The notes under the pieces were generated by a model. The model worked only from the letters and a program-made list of their open reading frames with translations, searched no databases and was not told the DNA's origin. DNA of 51,837 bases from Hyphomonadaceae bacterium (GTDB lineage Bacteria > Pseudomonadota > Alphaproteobacteria > Caulobacterales > Aquidulcibacteraceae), in contig JAKFYF010000081.1 of assembly GCA_021731005.1 (NCBI GenBank), positions 1-51,837 of the forward strand, read 5' to 3'. A program made the translations under genes and the position numbers. Each line of letters opens with the position of its first letter. Position 1 is the stretch's first letter. Shown here piece after piece: positions 9,895 to 18,655 of the stretch.

Positions 9895-10530
9895 ATGTCG
9901 CAGAAGCCCGCAGCGCCGGTGAAGATCTACAGCTTTCCGCTATCCGGCCATTCGCACCGCGTGCGCCTGTTTGCCTCGTTGGCTGGCATCCCGGTGGAGG
10001 TGATCGACGTCGCGCTGGGACAGGGCGCGCATAAGAAGCCGGAGTTCCTGGCCAAAAATGCATTCGGTCAGGTTCCGGTGCTGGAGGATGGGGAGACCGT
10101 CGTCGCCGACTCCAATGCGATACTGGTCTATCTCGCTCACGCGTACGCCGATGAAAGCTGGCTCCCGCGCGATCCCGTCGGTGCGGCCGATGTGCAGCGA
10201 TGGCTTTCGGTGGCCGCCGGCCAGCTCAACAACGGTCCGGCGAGTGCGCGTCTCGTCAACGTCTTCGGCGCCAAACTTGACCATGAGCGCGCGAAGTCAA
10301 TCGCCGAGGGGCTCTTCAGGGTTCTTGATACAGTGCTTGCCGGGCGATCCTGGCTTGTCGGCGACAAGCCCACCATCGCCGATGTCGCGCTCTATTCGTA
10401 CACGGCGCATGCGCCCGAAGGCAGTGTCGCGCTCGACCCCTACGCGAACATCGGCGCGTGGCTGAAGCGCATCGAAGCGCTGCCAGGCTTTGTCCCGATG
10501 CAGGCGAGCAAGGTTGGTCTTGCTGCGTAA
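9895..10530 (+). CDS. Glutathione S-transferase family protein
   Basis: LSGHSHRVRL, GQVPVL, DSNAILVYLA, PTIADVALY motifs; AAGGAG RBS. Confidence 0.95.
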   Translation: MSQKPAAPVKIYSFPLSGHSHRVRLFASLAGIPVEVIDVALGQGAHKKPEFLAKNAFGQVPVLEDGETVVADSNAILVYLAHAYADESWLPRDPVGAADVQRWLSVAAGQLNNGPASARLVNVFGAKLDHERAKSIAEGLFRVLDTVLAGRSWLVGDKPTIADVALYSYTAHAPEGSVALDPYANIGAWLKRIEALPGFVPMQASKVGLAA

Positions 10531-10554
10531 GCATTCGAGCCCGGAGCAACCATC

Positions 10555-12666
10555 TTGTCTACGTCGCCGCCCATCCCGGGTTGGACTCATCCGGAATCGC
10601 CCTTTCATCTTGGCGAACAAGCCGTGCAGGCGCGGCTTGGCGTGCGGGAGAAAATAGAGGCGCAGGGGCGCAAAGTCGTGCGCGACTATCTCCCTGAGCA
10701 GCAGCGCGAGTTCTACAGCCTGTTGCCGCTCCTCGTGGTCGCGATGCTGGATCGCGAAGGTCAGCCCTGGTGTTCGGTGGTGGCGGGCGCGCCGGGATTC
10801 ATCACATCGCCTGACGACCGGTCGCTTCGGATAGCGGCGCCGATCCTGTCCGGCGATCCGCTGTCGGACAATCTCCACGTCGGCGGTGAAATCGGGATCG
10901 TCGGCGTCCAGCTGAGCACGCGAAGGCGCAACCGTATCAGCGGCGTCATCAGCGCCGTCGATCTGGATGGCTTCACGGTGCACGTGAAGCAGACGCTTGG
11001 GAATTGCCCGCAGTACATCCAGGTGCGCGAGTTCTCGCCCACGGCGGAGCTTGGGCGCGCCTCGGAGAAGAAGTCGCGTTTCGAGAGCGATGCGCTGACG
11101 GCGCGCGGTCAGGAGATCATCGCCGTTGCGGACACGTTCTTCATAGCGACTGTGCATCTCGGCGCCGATCCTGAAGACAGCCTGCGCACAGGCGTCGACG
11201 CATCCCATCGCGGCGGTAAGCCGGGGTTTGTGCGCGTGGAGGACGCGCGCACGCTGACAATCCCCGATTTCGTCGGCAATTTTATATTCAACACGATCGG
11301 CAATCTGACGCTTGAGCCGCGTGCGGGCCTCGTCTTCATGGATTTCGCGACCGGCGACATGCTGTATCTCGCGGGAGAGGCCGAGATCATCTGGGACGGC
11401 GAAGAGGTCAAGGCGTTCGCCGGCGCCGAGCGCTTGATCCGCTTCCGGGTCACACGTTCCATCCTTGTCGATGGCTCGCTGCCGTTGCGTTTCTCCGCGC
11501 CGGAATTCTCGCCGATCCTGGCGCGAACCGGATCCTGGGAGGACGCGCAAGCCACGCTCGCGGCTGCGCACGAACGCAATCTCTACAGGCCGTATCGGAT
11601 AGAGCGGATCGTTCTCGAAAGCGACCTTGTAAAGTCTTTCTACCTCGAACCTGCCGACGGTAAGGGGCTTGCGCCCTACGAGGCAGGCCAGTTTCTGCCC
11701 ATCCGCGTTTCGCCGCCGGGGGCGGAAAAACCGCTGATGCGCACCTATACGCTCTCAGACGCGCCGAACGGGCGCGGGTATCGATTGAGCGTCAAGCGCG
11801 AGGGCGCGGCTTCACAACTTCTGCATGGCTTGTTGCAAGGCGATGTGATCGAAGCGGTGGCGCCACGGGGGGATTTCACGTTCGATCACGCCGGGCGCCG
11901 GCCGGTCGTGATGATTGCGGGCGGCATCGGTGTGACGCCGTTGCTCGCCATGCTGAACGACTTGCTTGTCAACGAGGGTCGCACCCGTCACCACAACCGC
12001 ATCGTCTTCATTCAAGGCGTGCGCGATGGCGGTGCGCATCCATTCCGTGAGCACTTGCGCGCAAAAGCCGCCAAGCACACGAACTTCACCTATCACGCCC
12101 GTTACAGTGCGCCGCGTCCTGGCGATGTATTGGGAGAAACCCATGACAGCGAGGGCAGGATCGACAAGGCGCTCGTGCAAGCCCTGCTCCCGCTCGACGA
12201 CTACGATTTCTACCTCTGCGGGCCGTCGGGTTTCATGCAGTCGCTTTACGACACGGTCCGTAACATGGGCGTGCCGGACGCGCGCATTCGGTTTGAGTCT
12301 TTCGGCCCGGCCAGCGTGCATCGCCGCCGGGATGCAAAAGCGGCCGCGAGCGCAACGTTGGCGCTTGGCGCCGAGGAGGCCGTGGAGGTTGTGTTTTCGC
12401 GCTCCGGCACGCGCGCGCGCTGGACGCCTGCGGACGGCACATTGCTCGAGTTCGCCGAGGCGCAAGGGCTGGAGCCAGCCTATTCCTGTCGCAACGGTGT
12501 GTGCGGTACCTGCGCGGTCAGAATTGTGAGCGGTGTCGTCGATTATCGCGAGCCGCCGGTGGCGGAAGTTCGCGAGGGCGAGGCGCTCATCTGTTGTTCA
12601 ACGCCTCATCCGGGACCCCATTTCGAGGGCCGCTTGGACCGCGAAGGCGTAACACTCGATCTTTAG
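10555..12666 (+). CDS. PNPOx-like domains fused to FAD/NAD oxidoreductase and 2Fe-2S ferredoxin
   Basis: SPFHLGE, RRRNR, GNCPQYIQ, DASHRGG; RTYTLS, GGIGVTP, YLCGP; CRNGVCGTC..C ferredoxin motif. Confidence 0.9.
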   Translation: MSTSPPIPGWTHPESPFHLGEQAVQARLGVREKIEAQGRKVVRDYLPEQQREFYSLLPLLVVAMLDREGQPWCSVVAGAPGFITSPDDRSLRIAAPILSGDPLSDNLHVGGEIGIVGVQLSTRRRNRISGVISAVDLDGFTVHVKQTLGNCPQYIQVREFSPTAELGRASEKKSRFESDALTARGQEIIAVADTFFIATVHLGADPEDSLRTGVDASHRGGKPGFVRVEDARTLTIPDFVGNFIFNTIGNLTLEPRAGLVFMDFATGDMLYLAGEAEIIWDGEEVKAFAGAERLIRFRVTRSILVDGSLPLRFSAPEFSPILARTGSWEDAQATLAAAHERNLYRPYRIERIVLESDLVKSFYLEPADGKGLAPYEAGQFLPIRVSPPGAEKPLMRTYTLSDAPNGRGYRLSVKREGAASQLLHGLLQGDVIEAVAPRGDFTFDHAGRRPVVMIAGGIGVTPLLAMLNDLLVNEGRTRHHNRIVFIQGVRDGGAHPFREHLRAKAAKHTNFTYHARYSAPRPGDVLGETHDSEGRIDKALVQALLPLDDYDFYLCGPSGFMQSLYDTVRNMGVPDARIRFESFGPASVHRRRDAKAAASATLALGAEEAVEVVFSRSGTRARWTPADGTLLEFAEAQGLEPAYSCRNGVCGTCAVRIVSGVVDYREPPVAEVREGEALICCSTPHPGPHFEGRLDREGVTLDL

Positions 12667-12678
12667 GAGGAGGGAGTC

Positions 12679-12825
12679 GTGACTGCATCGCTTTTGGATC
12701 ACTTGGCTGAGTGTTGCCCAGGCCGCGAGGATGCGCGGCGCGCGCTTGAGCAAGAGGCGGCGCGTGTGGTGAAGCCGGCGGTCAAGATCGTCAGGAAGCC
12801 CGTCAAGAAGGTCGCGCCGCGATGA
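12679..12825 (+). CDS. Small 48-aa protein (absent from ORF track)
   Basis: AGGAGGAGGGAG RBS, GTG start, MTASLLDHLAECCPGREDARRALEQEAARVVKPAVKIVRKPVKKVAPR*, ATGA overlap with the next gene. Confidence 0.65.
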   Translation: MTASLLDHLAECCPGREDARRALEQEAARVVKPAVKIVRKPVKKVAPR

Positions 12826-13439
12826 CGGCGCATTTCTTTGATCTCGCCTTCACGCCGTCTGTGCAGGCGGCCCAGGAAGCGAACGGAAGCCGTCGCGCCT
12901 ACGCCCGTCATCACACGGCAAGCGCCGAGCCAGATCAGCTGTCTGTCAATGAGACCGCTTTTATAGCGGAGCGCGACAGCTTCTATATGGCGACGGTGTC
13001 GGAAGCGGGTTGGCCCTATCTGCAGCATCGGGGCGGGCCGAGGGGATTCATCAAGGTGCTCGACGACCGCACGCTCGGGCTCGCGGACTTTCGCGGCAAT
13101 CGTCAGTATGTCAGCGTTGGCAATCTCAGCAACGACGATCGCGCCGCGCTTTTCTTCATGGACTATCCGCGTCAGGCGCGTCTGAAACTGCTCGCCCGGG
13201 TGCGCGCCGTGGACCTGGCGAACGAGTCGAAACTGGCCGCCGCTTTGGTCGATGCGGACTACAAGGCAAAGGTCGAGCGCGGCCTCCTGATCCGCGTGGA
13301 GGCGTTCGACTGGAATTGTCCCCAGCACATAACGCCGCGCTTTACTGCCGGGGAGGTGCGCCCGGTCATCGCCCGGCAGCAGGCCCGGATCGAGGAGCTT
13401 GAAGCTGAGATTGCGATGCTAAAGGCGCAGGGCGGCTGA
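12822..13439 (+). CDS. Pyridoxamine 5'-phosphate oxidase family FMN-binding protein
   Basis: GWPYLQHRGGPRGF, DFRGNRQYVSVGN, FDWNCPQHITPR motifs. Confidence 0.9.
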   Translation: MTAHFFDLAFTPSVQAAQEANGSRRAYARHHTASAEPDQLSVNETAFIAERDSFYMATVSEAGWPYLQHRGGPRGFIKVLDDRTLGLADFRGNRQYVSVGNLSNDDRAALFFMDYPRQARLKLLARVRAVDLANESKLAAALVDADYKAKVERGLLIRVEAFDWNCPQHITPRFTAGEVRPVIARQQARIEELEAEIAMLKAQGG

Positions 13440-13473
13440 CTGGTTTTGCGCTGAAAAGGAGCGGAAGAAGCCT

Positions 13474-13493
13474 TGTAACGAACGTTCGGTACA
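13474..13493. promoter_or_regulatory. Putative TetR operator
   Basis: TGTAACGAAC/GTTCGGTACA 20-bp palindrome with one mismatch, upstream of the operon that contains the TetR gene. Confidence 0.6.
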
Positions 13494-13550
13494 CTATCTC
13501 CACTGTGCACCGGCCGATCCAGGTTCGGCCCCGCACAGGAGATCATCCCC

Positions 13551-14102
13551 ATGTCCCGCATCACAATTCCCGCAGAAATTGACGCCGCCCCCGAAGCCTC
13601 GCGCGGGCTCCTGCAGGCGGTGAAGTCAAAAGTCGGCTTCGCGCCGAACCTCTACAAAGTCCTGTCTCACAGCCCTGCAGCGCTCGAAGGGGCGCTCGGC
13701 CTGTCAGCGGCGCTCGGCAAGGGCGCGCTCGACGCGCCAACCCGCGAGCGGATCGCGCTCGCTGTCGCGAACGTCAACGGTTGCGACTATTGCAACGCCG
13801 CTCACACCGCGATCGGCGGCGGCCTCAAGCTCGACGCCGCGGAGATCGAAGCCAACCGTCGCGGCCATTCCAATGACGGTCGCATCGACACAGCGGTGGC
13901 GTTCGCGCGCAAAGTCGCGGTCTCGCGCGCCGATGTGACGGAGGCCGATATTCAGGCCGTACGCCTCGCCGGCTATTCGGACGCGCAGGTCGTCGAGATC
14001 GTCGCCCATGTCGGGCTCAACGTTCTGACCAATTACGTCAATGAGGTCTTCAAGACCCCGGTCGATTTCCCGGCCACAGCGCCCGCCACCCGCGTCGCTT
14101 GA
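13551..14102 (+). CDS. Carboxymuconolactone decarboxylase / AhpD-like peroxidase-related protein
   Basis: RERIALAVANVNGCDYCNAAH (CxxC..H), TNYVN; AGGAG RBS. Confidence 0.92.
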   Translation: MSRITIPAEIDAAPEASRGLLQAVKSKVGFAPNLYKVLSHSPAALEGALGLSAALGKGALDAPTRERIALAVANVNGCDYCNAAHTAIGGGLKLDAAEIEANRRGHSNDGRIDTAVAFARKVAVSRADVTEADIQAVRLAGYSDAQVVEIVAHVGLNVLTNYVNEVFKTPVDFPATAPATRVA

Positions 14103-14110
14103 GTGTGTTT

Positions 14111-14139
14111 GCGCCGGGGTCGGTTTGCGGCCCCGGCGC
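14111..14139 (+). other. GC-rich intergenic hairpin
   Basis: GCGCCGGGG...CCCCGGCGC stem just after the CMD stop; no U-tract. Confidence 0.45.
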
Positions 14140-14177
14140 AGGATGCGCGGCTTCCGGCCGGGCAAAGGAGAGATCCC

Positions 14178-15428
14178 ATGTCTGACATCTATCTCGTTCC
14201 CGGCGTGCGCACGCCGTTTGCGAAGTCCGGCGGCGCGTTCGCGGCGCACGACGCCATCGCCCTTTCCACGCCGGTCGTGCAGGCGATGGCCGCGCGCACG
14301 CGGCCCGATTTCCTCGTCTGGGGCCAAGTGATCCCGTCCGCCACCGTGTCCAATCTCGGGCGCGAATTGCTGCTCGAAGCGGGGCTTGATCCCACGATCC
14401 CGGCCTCATCGAGCGTGCTGGCGTGTTCCACGTCGATGATCGGCGCGTTTCAAGCCGGCGCGATGCTCGGTCGCGGCGGCGCGCATCTCGCCTTGGTCGG
14501 CGGCGTCGAAACGATGAGCCATGTGCCGATCGCGCTGCACCAGTCGGTGGCCGACAAGATTGTGGGTCTTGCCATGAAAAATCCCGCAGAGGCGCTGGCT
14601 GAACTTGCGGCGCTGACGCCGGGCGACTTCAACCTGCCGCTGCGCGGCTGGGCGAACCGGATTTCCGGTCGATCAATGGGCGAGCACACCGAAGACACCG
14701 CCAAGCGCTTCGCCATCGCGCGGGCGGACCAGGATCGGCTTGCGCTTGTGAGCCATCAGCGCGCCGTGTCTGCACAGACAGCGGGATTCTTCGACGATCT
14801 GGTCATCCCGGTCGGCGAAGTTAAGCGCGACACCATTCCCCGCAGCGACACGACCGCGGAGAAACTCGGGGGCCTGAAACCGGTATTTGATCGCTCCGAA
14901 GCGGGCACGTTGACGGCAGGCAATTCCTCGCCGTTGACGGACGGCGCGGCGGGCGTCTGGGTTGCTGACGGCGAGGGTCTGAAGCGTCTCGGCGCGGCGT
15001 CTGCGGTGAAGTTGGTCGACTGGCAGCTCGCGGCGATGGACTACAAGGAGGAGGGCATCCTGATGGCGCCCGCCCGGGCGATCCCGCAGCTGCTCGCCCG
15101 CCACGGGCTGCGCTTCGAAGACGTGGCCCTTTGGGAAATTCACGAAGCCTTCGCCGCCCAGGTGCTTGCCAATGTTCAGGCGATCACGGACCCGGAGTAT
15201 CGCCGCGCCAAAGCAGGCGTGGACGCCGATCTCGGGGCCTTTCCCTGGGAGCGCTTGAATCCCAACGGCGGTTCGCTTGCGCTCGGCCATCCATTCGGCG
15301 CCACCGGCGCGCGCATCCTGAGCCAGGCGGTGAAGGAACTTTCGGCGCTGTCGAGTGGAGCCTACGCCGTCGTTTCTGTTTGCGCCGACGGCGGGCAGGG
15401 CAGCGTCGCGCTGCTGCAAAAGCCATAA
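14178..15428 (+). CDS. Acetyl-CoA C-acyltransferase (thiolase, HEAF type)
   Basis: VRTPF, LACSTS, TAGNSSPLTDGA, EIHEAFAAQ, GHPFGATG, VCADGGQG. Confidence 0.92.
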   Translation: MSDIYLVPGVRTPFAKSGGAFAAHDAIALSTPVVQAMAARTRPDFLVWGQVIPSATVSNLGRELLLEAGLDPTIPASSSVLACSTSMIGAFQAGAMLGRGGAHLALVGGVETMSHVPIALHQSVADKIVGLAMKNPAEALAELAALTPGDFNLPLRGWANRISGRSMGEHTEDTAKRFAIARADQDRLALVSHQRAVSAQTAGFFDDLVIPVGEVKRDTIPRSDTTAEKLGGLKPVFDRSEAGTLTAGNSSPLTDGAAGVWVADGEGLKRLGAASAVKLVDWQLAAMDYKEEGILMAPARAIPQLLARHGLRFEDVALWEIHEAFAAQVLANVQAITDPEYRRAKAGVDADLGAFPWERLNPNGGSLALGHPFGATGARILSQAVKELSALSSGAYAVVSVCADGGQGSVALLQKP

Positions 15429-15445
15429 GAAAGAAGGAGCGCGCG

Positions 15446-16669
15446 ATGACGGAAGCAGTGTGGATTCCAACAGCAAACGGCGGGCGCCTCGCGGGGCGAT
15501 TCGAACGCCCGGAACGAGTGGTGCGTGCGGTTGCGTTGTTCGCCCACTGCTTCACCTGCGGAAAGGATCAGATTGGTGCGGTGAAGGTGTCGCGGGCTCT
15601 TGCCGCCCGCGGCATCGCCACCTTGCGGTTCGATGTGACCGGCGTCGGGGCCAGCGCGGGCGGATTCACTGAGACCACTTTCAGCGCCAATGTCGACGAC
15701 ATTGTCGCGGCTGCCGATTGGTTGCGTCGAACCGAACAGGCACCGGCGCTCTTGGTCGGCCACAGTCTCGGGGGCGCCGCCGTGATCGCCGCCGCTCATC
15801 GTATTCCGGAGGTGAGGGCGGTCGCGACTATCGGCGCGCCGGCCGATATCGCGCACGTGTTGCGCCGGTTTGGAGATGCGCTGCCGACGATCGAGCAGGA
15901 TGGCCAGGCGGCCGTCACTCTAGGCGGACGCGTATTGCAGGTTGGGCGCGACTTCGTCGAAGACGCGAGAGAGCAATCGTTGACCTCACATCTGGCGAAG
16001 CTGAAGAAGCCGATCCTTTTTCTGCATGCGCCACGGGATGACGAAGTGGACCTCGACAATGCGACGAAGTTGTTCGCCGCGGCGCGCCATCCAAAGAGCT
16101 TCATCTCATTGGATGACGCGAACCACCTCTTGACAGGCCCCGGAGACGCCGAGGCCGCCGGCGCCGCAATCGCGGGCTGGGCGGAGCGCTACCTTCCCAC
16201 GGCGGCCGAGGCGGCGTCGGAGCCAATGCAACCTCCTGCAGGTGTGGTGCGCGTGCACGAAACCGGAGGCGGCGCTTTCGAGAACACGGTCGCTGTGGGG
16301 ATACACCGATTCTTTGCGGACGAGCCGGCCACGGTTGGCGGCGGCGATGCCGGACCCACACCTTACGATCTCCTCGCCGCGGCGCTGGGCGCTTGCGTGT
16401 CGATGACGGTTCGGATGTACGCCGCGCGCAAGGCTTGGCCGCTCGAACGCATCAGTATCGACGTCTCCCACGCCAAAATTCACGCCGCTGACTGTGCCGA
16501 TTGCGAGACCCGCGAGGGCAAGATGGACGAGCTACGCGTTTCGTTGACGCTCGAAGGGCCGCTCGACGAGGAGCAGAGGGCTCGATTGATCGAGATCGCT
16601 GGGAAGTGCCCTGTCCATCGCACCTTGCACAGCGAGATCAAGACCCGCATCGAATGGGCGAACACATAG
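15446..16669 (+). CDS. Bifunctional alpha/beta hydrolase / OsmC family protein
   Basis: FAHCFTCGK, GHSLGG; ADEP..VGG.D.GPTPYDLL, ALGAC, KCPVHRTL. Confidence 0.93.
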   Translation: MTEAVWIPTANGGRLAGRFERPERVVRAVALFAHCFTCGKDQIGAVKVSRALAARGIATLRFDVTGVGASAGGFTETTFSANVDDIVAAADWLRRTEQAPALLVGHSLGGAAVIAAAHRIPEVRAVATIGAPADIAHVLRRFGDALPTIEQDGQAAVTLGGRVLQVGRDFVEDAREQSLTSHLAKLKKPILFLHAPRDDEVDLDNATKLFAAARHPKSFISLDDANHLLTGPGDAEAAGAAIAGWAERYLPTAAEAASEPMQPPAGVVRVHETGGGAFENTVAVGIHRFFADEPATVGGGDAGPTPYDLLAAALGACVSMTVRMYAARKAWPLERISIDVSHAKIHAADCADCETREGKMDELRVSLTLEGPLDEEQRARLIEIAGKCPVHRTLHSEIKTRIEWANT

Positions 16670-16677
16670 GATCCGCC

Positions 16678-17247
16678 ATGACGCCCAGCTCACCAGAGCC
16701 TAAAGCCGCACTGCTGGGGCAGTTGTACGAGCTGTTTCGACGCAAAGGTTATGACGGGGTGTCGATCGGCGACATCTCGGCCGAGACTGGTCTGGGCCGG
16801 TCAAGCCTCTATCATCACTTCCCAGGCGGCAAAGCCGAAATGGCGCAAGCTGTGCTGGCGTTTACTCGTACAACGATGGAGGCGAATTTTCTGGCGCCGC
16901 TGTCGTCCGATGCGCCGCTCCCCGCACGCATCGGCGCGATGTTGGTCGCGGTTGATCGCGCCTATCAGTCCGGAGAGGGGCCGTGTGTTCTCGCGGCCTT
17001 GCTCAGCGCCTCCGACGACGGGCCATTGTCCGCGGGGCTGGCCCAATTGTTCCAGGACTGGGCCGCTGCCATCGCCGCGAGCTTGACCCAAGCCGGTGTT
17101 GACGCCGCAGAAGCCCGCCGCCGTGCGATCACGGCTCTAGCGTTGATCCAGGGCGGGCTCATCATTGCGCGCGGCCTGAAGGACAGGAGCGCGTTCGCTG
17201 CAGCCTTGGCCGCCGCGAACGCAACACTCGTGAGGGCGGCTGCGTGA
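16678..17247 (+). CDS. TetR/AcrR family transcriptional regulator
   Basis: FRRKGYDGVSIGDISAETGLGRSSLYHHFPGGK HTH. Confidence 0.93.
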   Translation: MTPSSPEPKAALLGQLYELFRRKGYDGVSIGDISAETGLGRSSLYHHFPGGKAEMAQAVLAFTRTTMEANFLAPLSSDAPLPARIGAMLVAVDRAYQSGEGPCVLAALLSASDDGPLSAGLAQLFQDWAAAIAASLTQAGVDAAEARRRAITALALIQGGLIIARGLKDRSAFAAALAAANATLVRAAA

Positions 17248-17287
17248 GCCCAGTAAAGAAGAGCCAAAGGCTGGCTGAAGCAGGAGC

Positions 17288-17791
17288 ATGAACATGGTGA
17301 AAGCAGACGCTGGACACATTGAAATCGGCATTTCGGAGCAGGAGCGCGCGCAGATCGCTGCTGAGCTCTCAAAGCTGCTGGCCGATACCTACACGCTCTA
17401 CCTGACCACGCACAATTTTCATTGGAACGTGACGGGGCCGATGTTCAACACGCTGCATGCGATGTTCATGACGCAATACACAGAGTTGTGGAACGCGGTC
17501 GATCCCATCGCTGAGCGTATTCGCGCGCTTGGTCATCCTGCGCCTGGAAGCTACGGCGAGTTCGGCCGCCTCAGTACGGTGGAGGATGCGCCCGCCAAGG
17601 CGCCCAAGGCGCTGGAGATGGTGCGCGTTCTGGTTAAAGGGCATGAAGCCGTTGCGCGAACCGCGCGGGGCATCTTTCCTCTTGTCGAAAGCGCCAACGA
17701 TCAGCCGACTGCGGATCTGCTGACGCAACGCCTCAATATCCACGAAAAGACGGCGTGGATGCTGCGCTCTCTGCTTGAGGAGCAGGACTGA
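17288..17791 (+). CDS. dps: Dps family DNA starvation/stationary phase protection protein
   Basis: HNFHWNVTG..F..LH, DPIAERIRALG, HEKTAWML; true start may be 17294. Confidence 0.95.
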   Translation: MNMVKADAGHIEIGISEQERAQIAAELSKLLADTYTLYLTTHNFHWNVTGPMFNTLHAMFMTQYTELWNAVDPIAERIRALGHPAPGSYGEFGRLSTVEDAPAKAPKALEMVRVLVKGHEAVARTARGIFPLVESANDQPTADLLTQRLNIHEKTAWMLRSLLEEQD

Positions 17792-17885
17792 CGAGGCTTG
17801 CGCTGCGAGCGCTGGCGACCGTCAGGGATGCGTTCGTCTCAAACGGCCTGATGCTTCATGTTGCGTCGCATGCATGCGCCATCTC

Positions 17886-17903
17886 AATGACCGGAACCGG
17901 CGA
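17886..17903 (+). repeat. 18-bp direct repeat, copy 1
   Basis: AATGACCGGAACCGGCGA; one mismatch to the copy at 18402-18419. Confidence 0.7.
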
Positions 17904-18025
17904 TGGCGGGACTTAGCGCACGCAGCATTGCGGGCGACGCGATTTGAGCGGGCAAGCCGCTGGTGAAATACTACGAATGGGCGGGCGGTGGCCCGATAGG
18001 ATCAGTTTGATCGGACGGGCAACTC

Positions 18026-18406
18026 TTGGCGACTGTTACTCTTTACCGGCCGATAGGCACTGCCGAGTTCGCGCTCTTGGAGCGTGCATTGTGGCGCGCG
18101 TTCCCAGCGATGCCGCAAGGGCACAAATTCTATGCCTACACCTCGCCACCTGAGGACGTGCTAGCCTGGAAAGAACGCTCGATGAAAATCGATGACATTC
18201 CAGAGGTTGGTCAAGCGGGCATTGTCCGAAGCTGGGAGGCTTGGGGCAATTCTCCTTCATCCGCGTTCATCGTGGCGTTCGAACTGGACGAGCAATCGCC
18301 CCTTCGTAAATCCGGATGGAATGATCGCAGCTATGAGGTTGATCAGATCAACGCCGCGCTGATTGGCATAATCTCGCTGCACGACTTGAACACTCCGAGC
18401 GAATGA
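18026..18406 (+). CDS. Hypothetical protein resembling the small 'ADP-ribosylation/crystallin J1'-annotated family
   Basis: N-terminus TLYRPIG..E.ALLE...WRAFP and C-terminal INAALIG.I recall that family; TTG start. Confidence 0.55.
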   Translation: MATVTLYRPIGTAEFALLERALWRAFPAMPQGHKFYAYTSPPEDVLAWKERSMKIDDIPEVGQAGIVRSWEAWGNSPSSAFIVAFELDEQSPLRKSGWNDRSYEVDQINAALIGIISLHDLNTPSE

Positions 18407-18419
18407 CCGGAAACGGCGA
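18402..18419 (+). repeat. 18-bp direct repeat, copy 2 (contains the stop codon of the preceding ORF)
   Basis: AATGACCGGAAACGGCGA. Confidence 0.7.
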
Positions 18420-18446
18420 AAGGCTTCCGGTGCGATGGCGGCGGTG

Positions 18447-18569
18447 TATGTCCGTTGTCGGGCGGATTCTCGCCGGTCCCTTGGAGCGTCGGCTTCTGGG
18501 ATCGAGCTCCTCCGCAGGCTCGCCGATCGGAAGGTTTGGAGCTGGCCTGCCGTCGGCAACACTGTGGCC
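18447..18569 (+). repeat. Degenerate ~125-bp intergenic repeat, copy A
   Basis: Collinear blocks GTCCGTT.TCGGG, GTCGGCTT.TGGGAT, CGGAAGGTTTGG, TG.GGCC shared with 20891-21015. Confidence 0.7.
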
Positions 18570-18655
18570 GCCCGGGCGAGATTGTCATCGACTCGCTCTC
18601 GGCTCCACAGGCGAGTAGGTTGTCCACATAGACGTGGGGTAGAGCGGGGCATTCG

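Noticed and set aside
10297-11571. 424-aa reverse-strand ORF
   Set aside because: Antisense shadow of the GST and PNPOx-fusion genes, typical of high-GC DNA; no motifs
18402-18569. Periodic units considered as a CRISPR array
   Set aside because: Units are too degenerate, the whole block including the spacers is duplicated at 20891, and no cas genes are present
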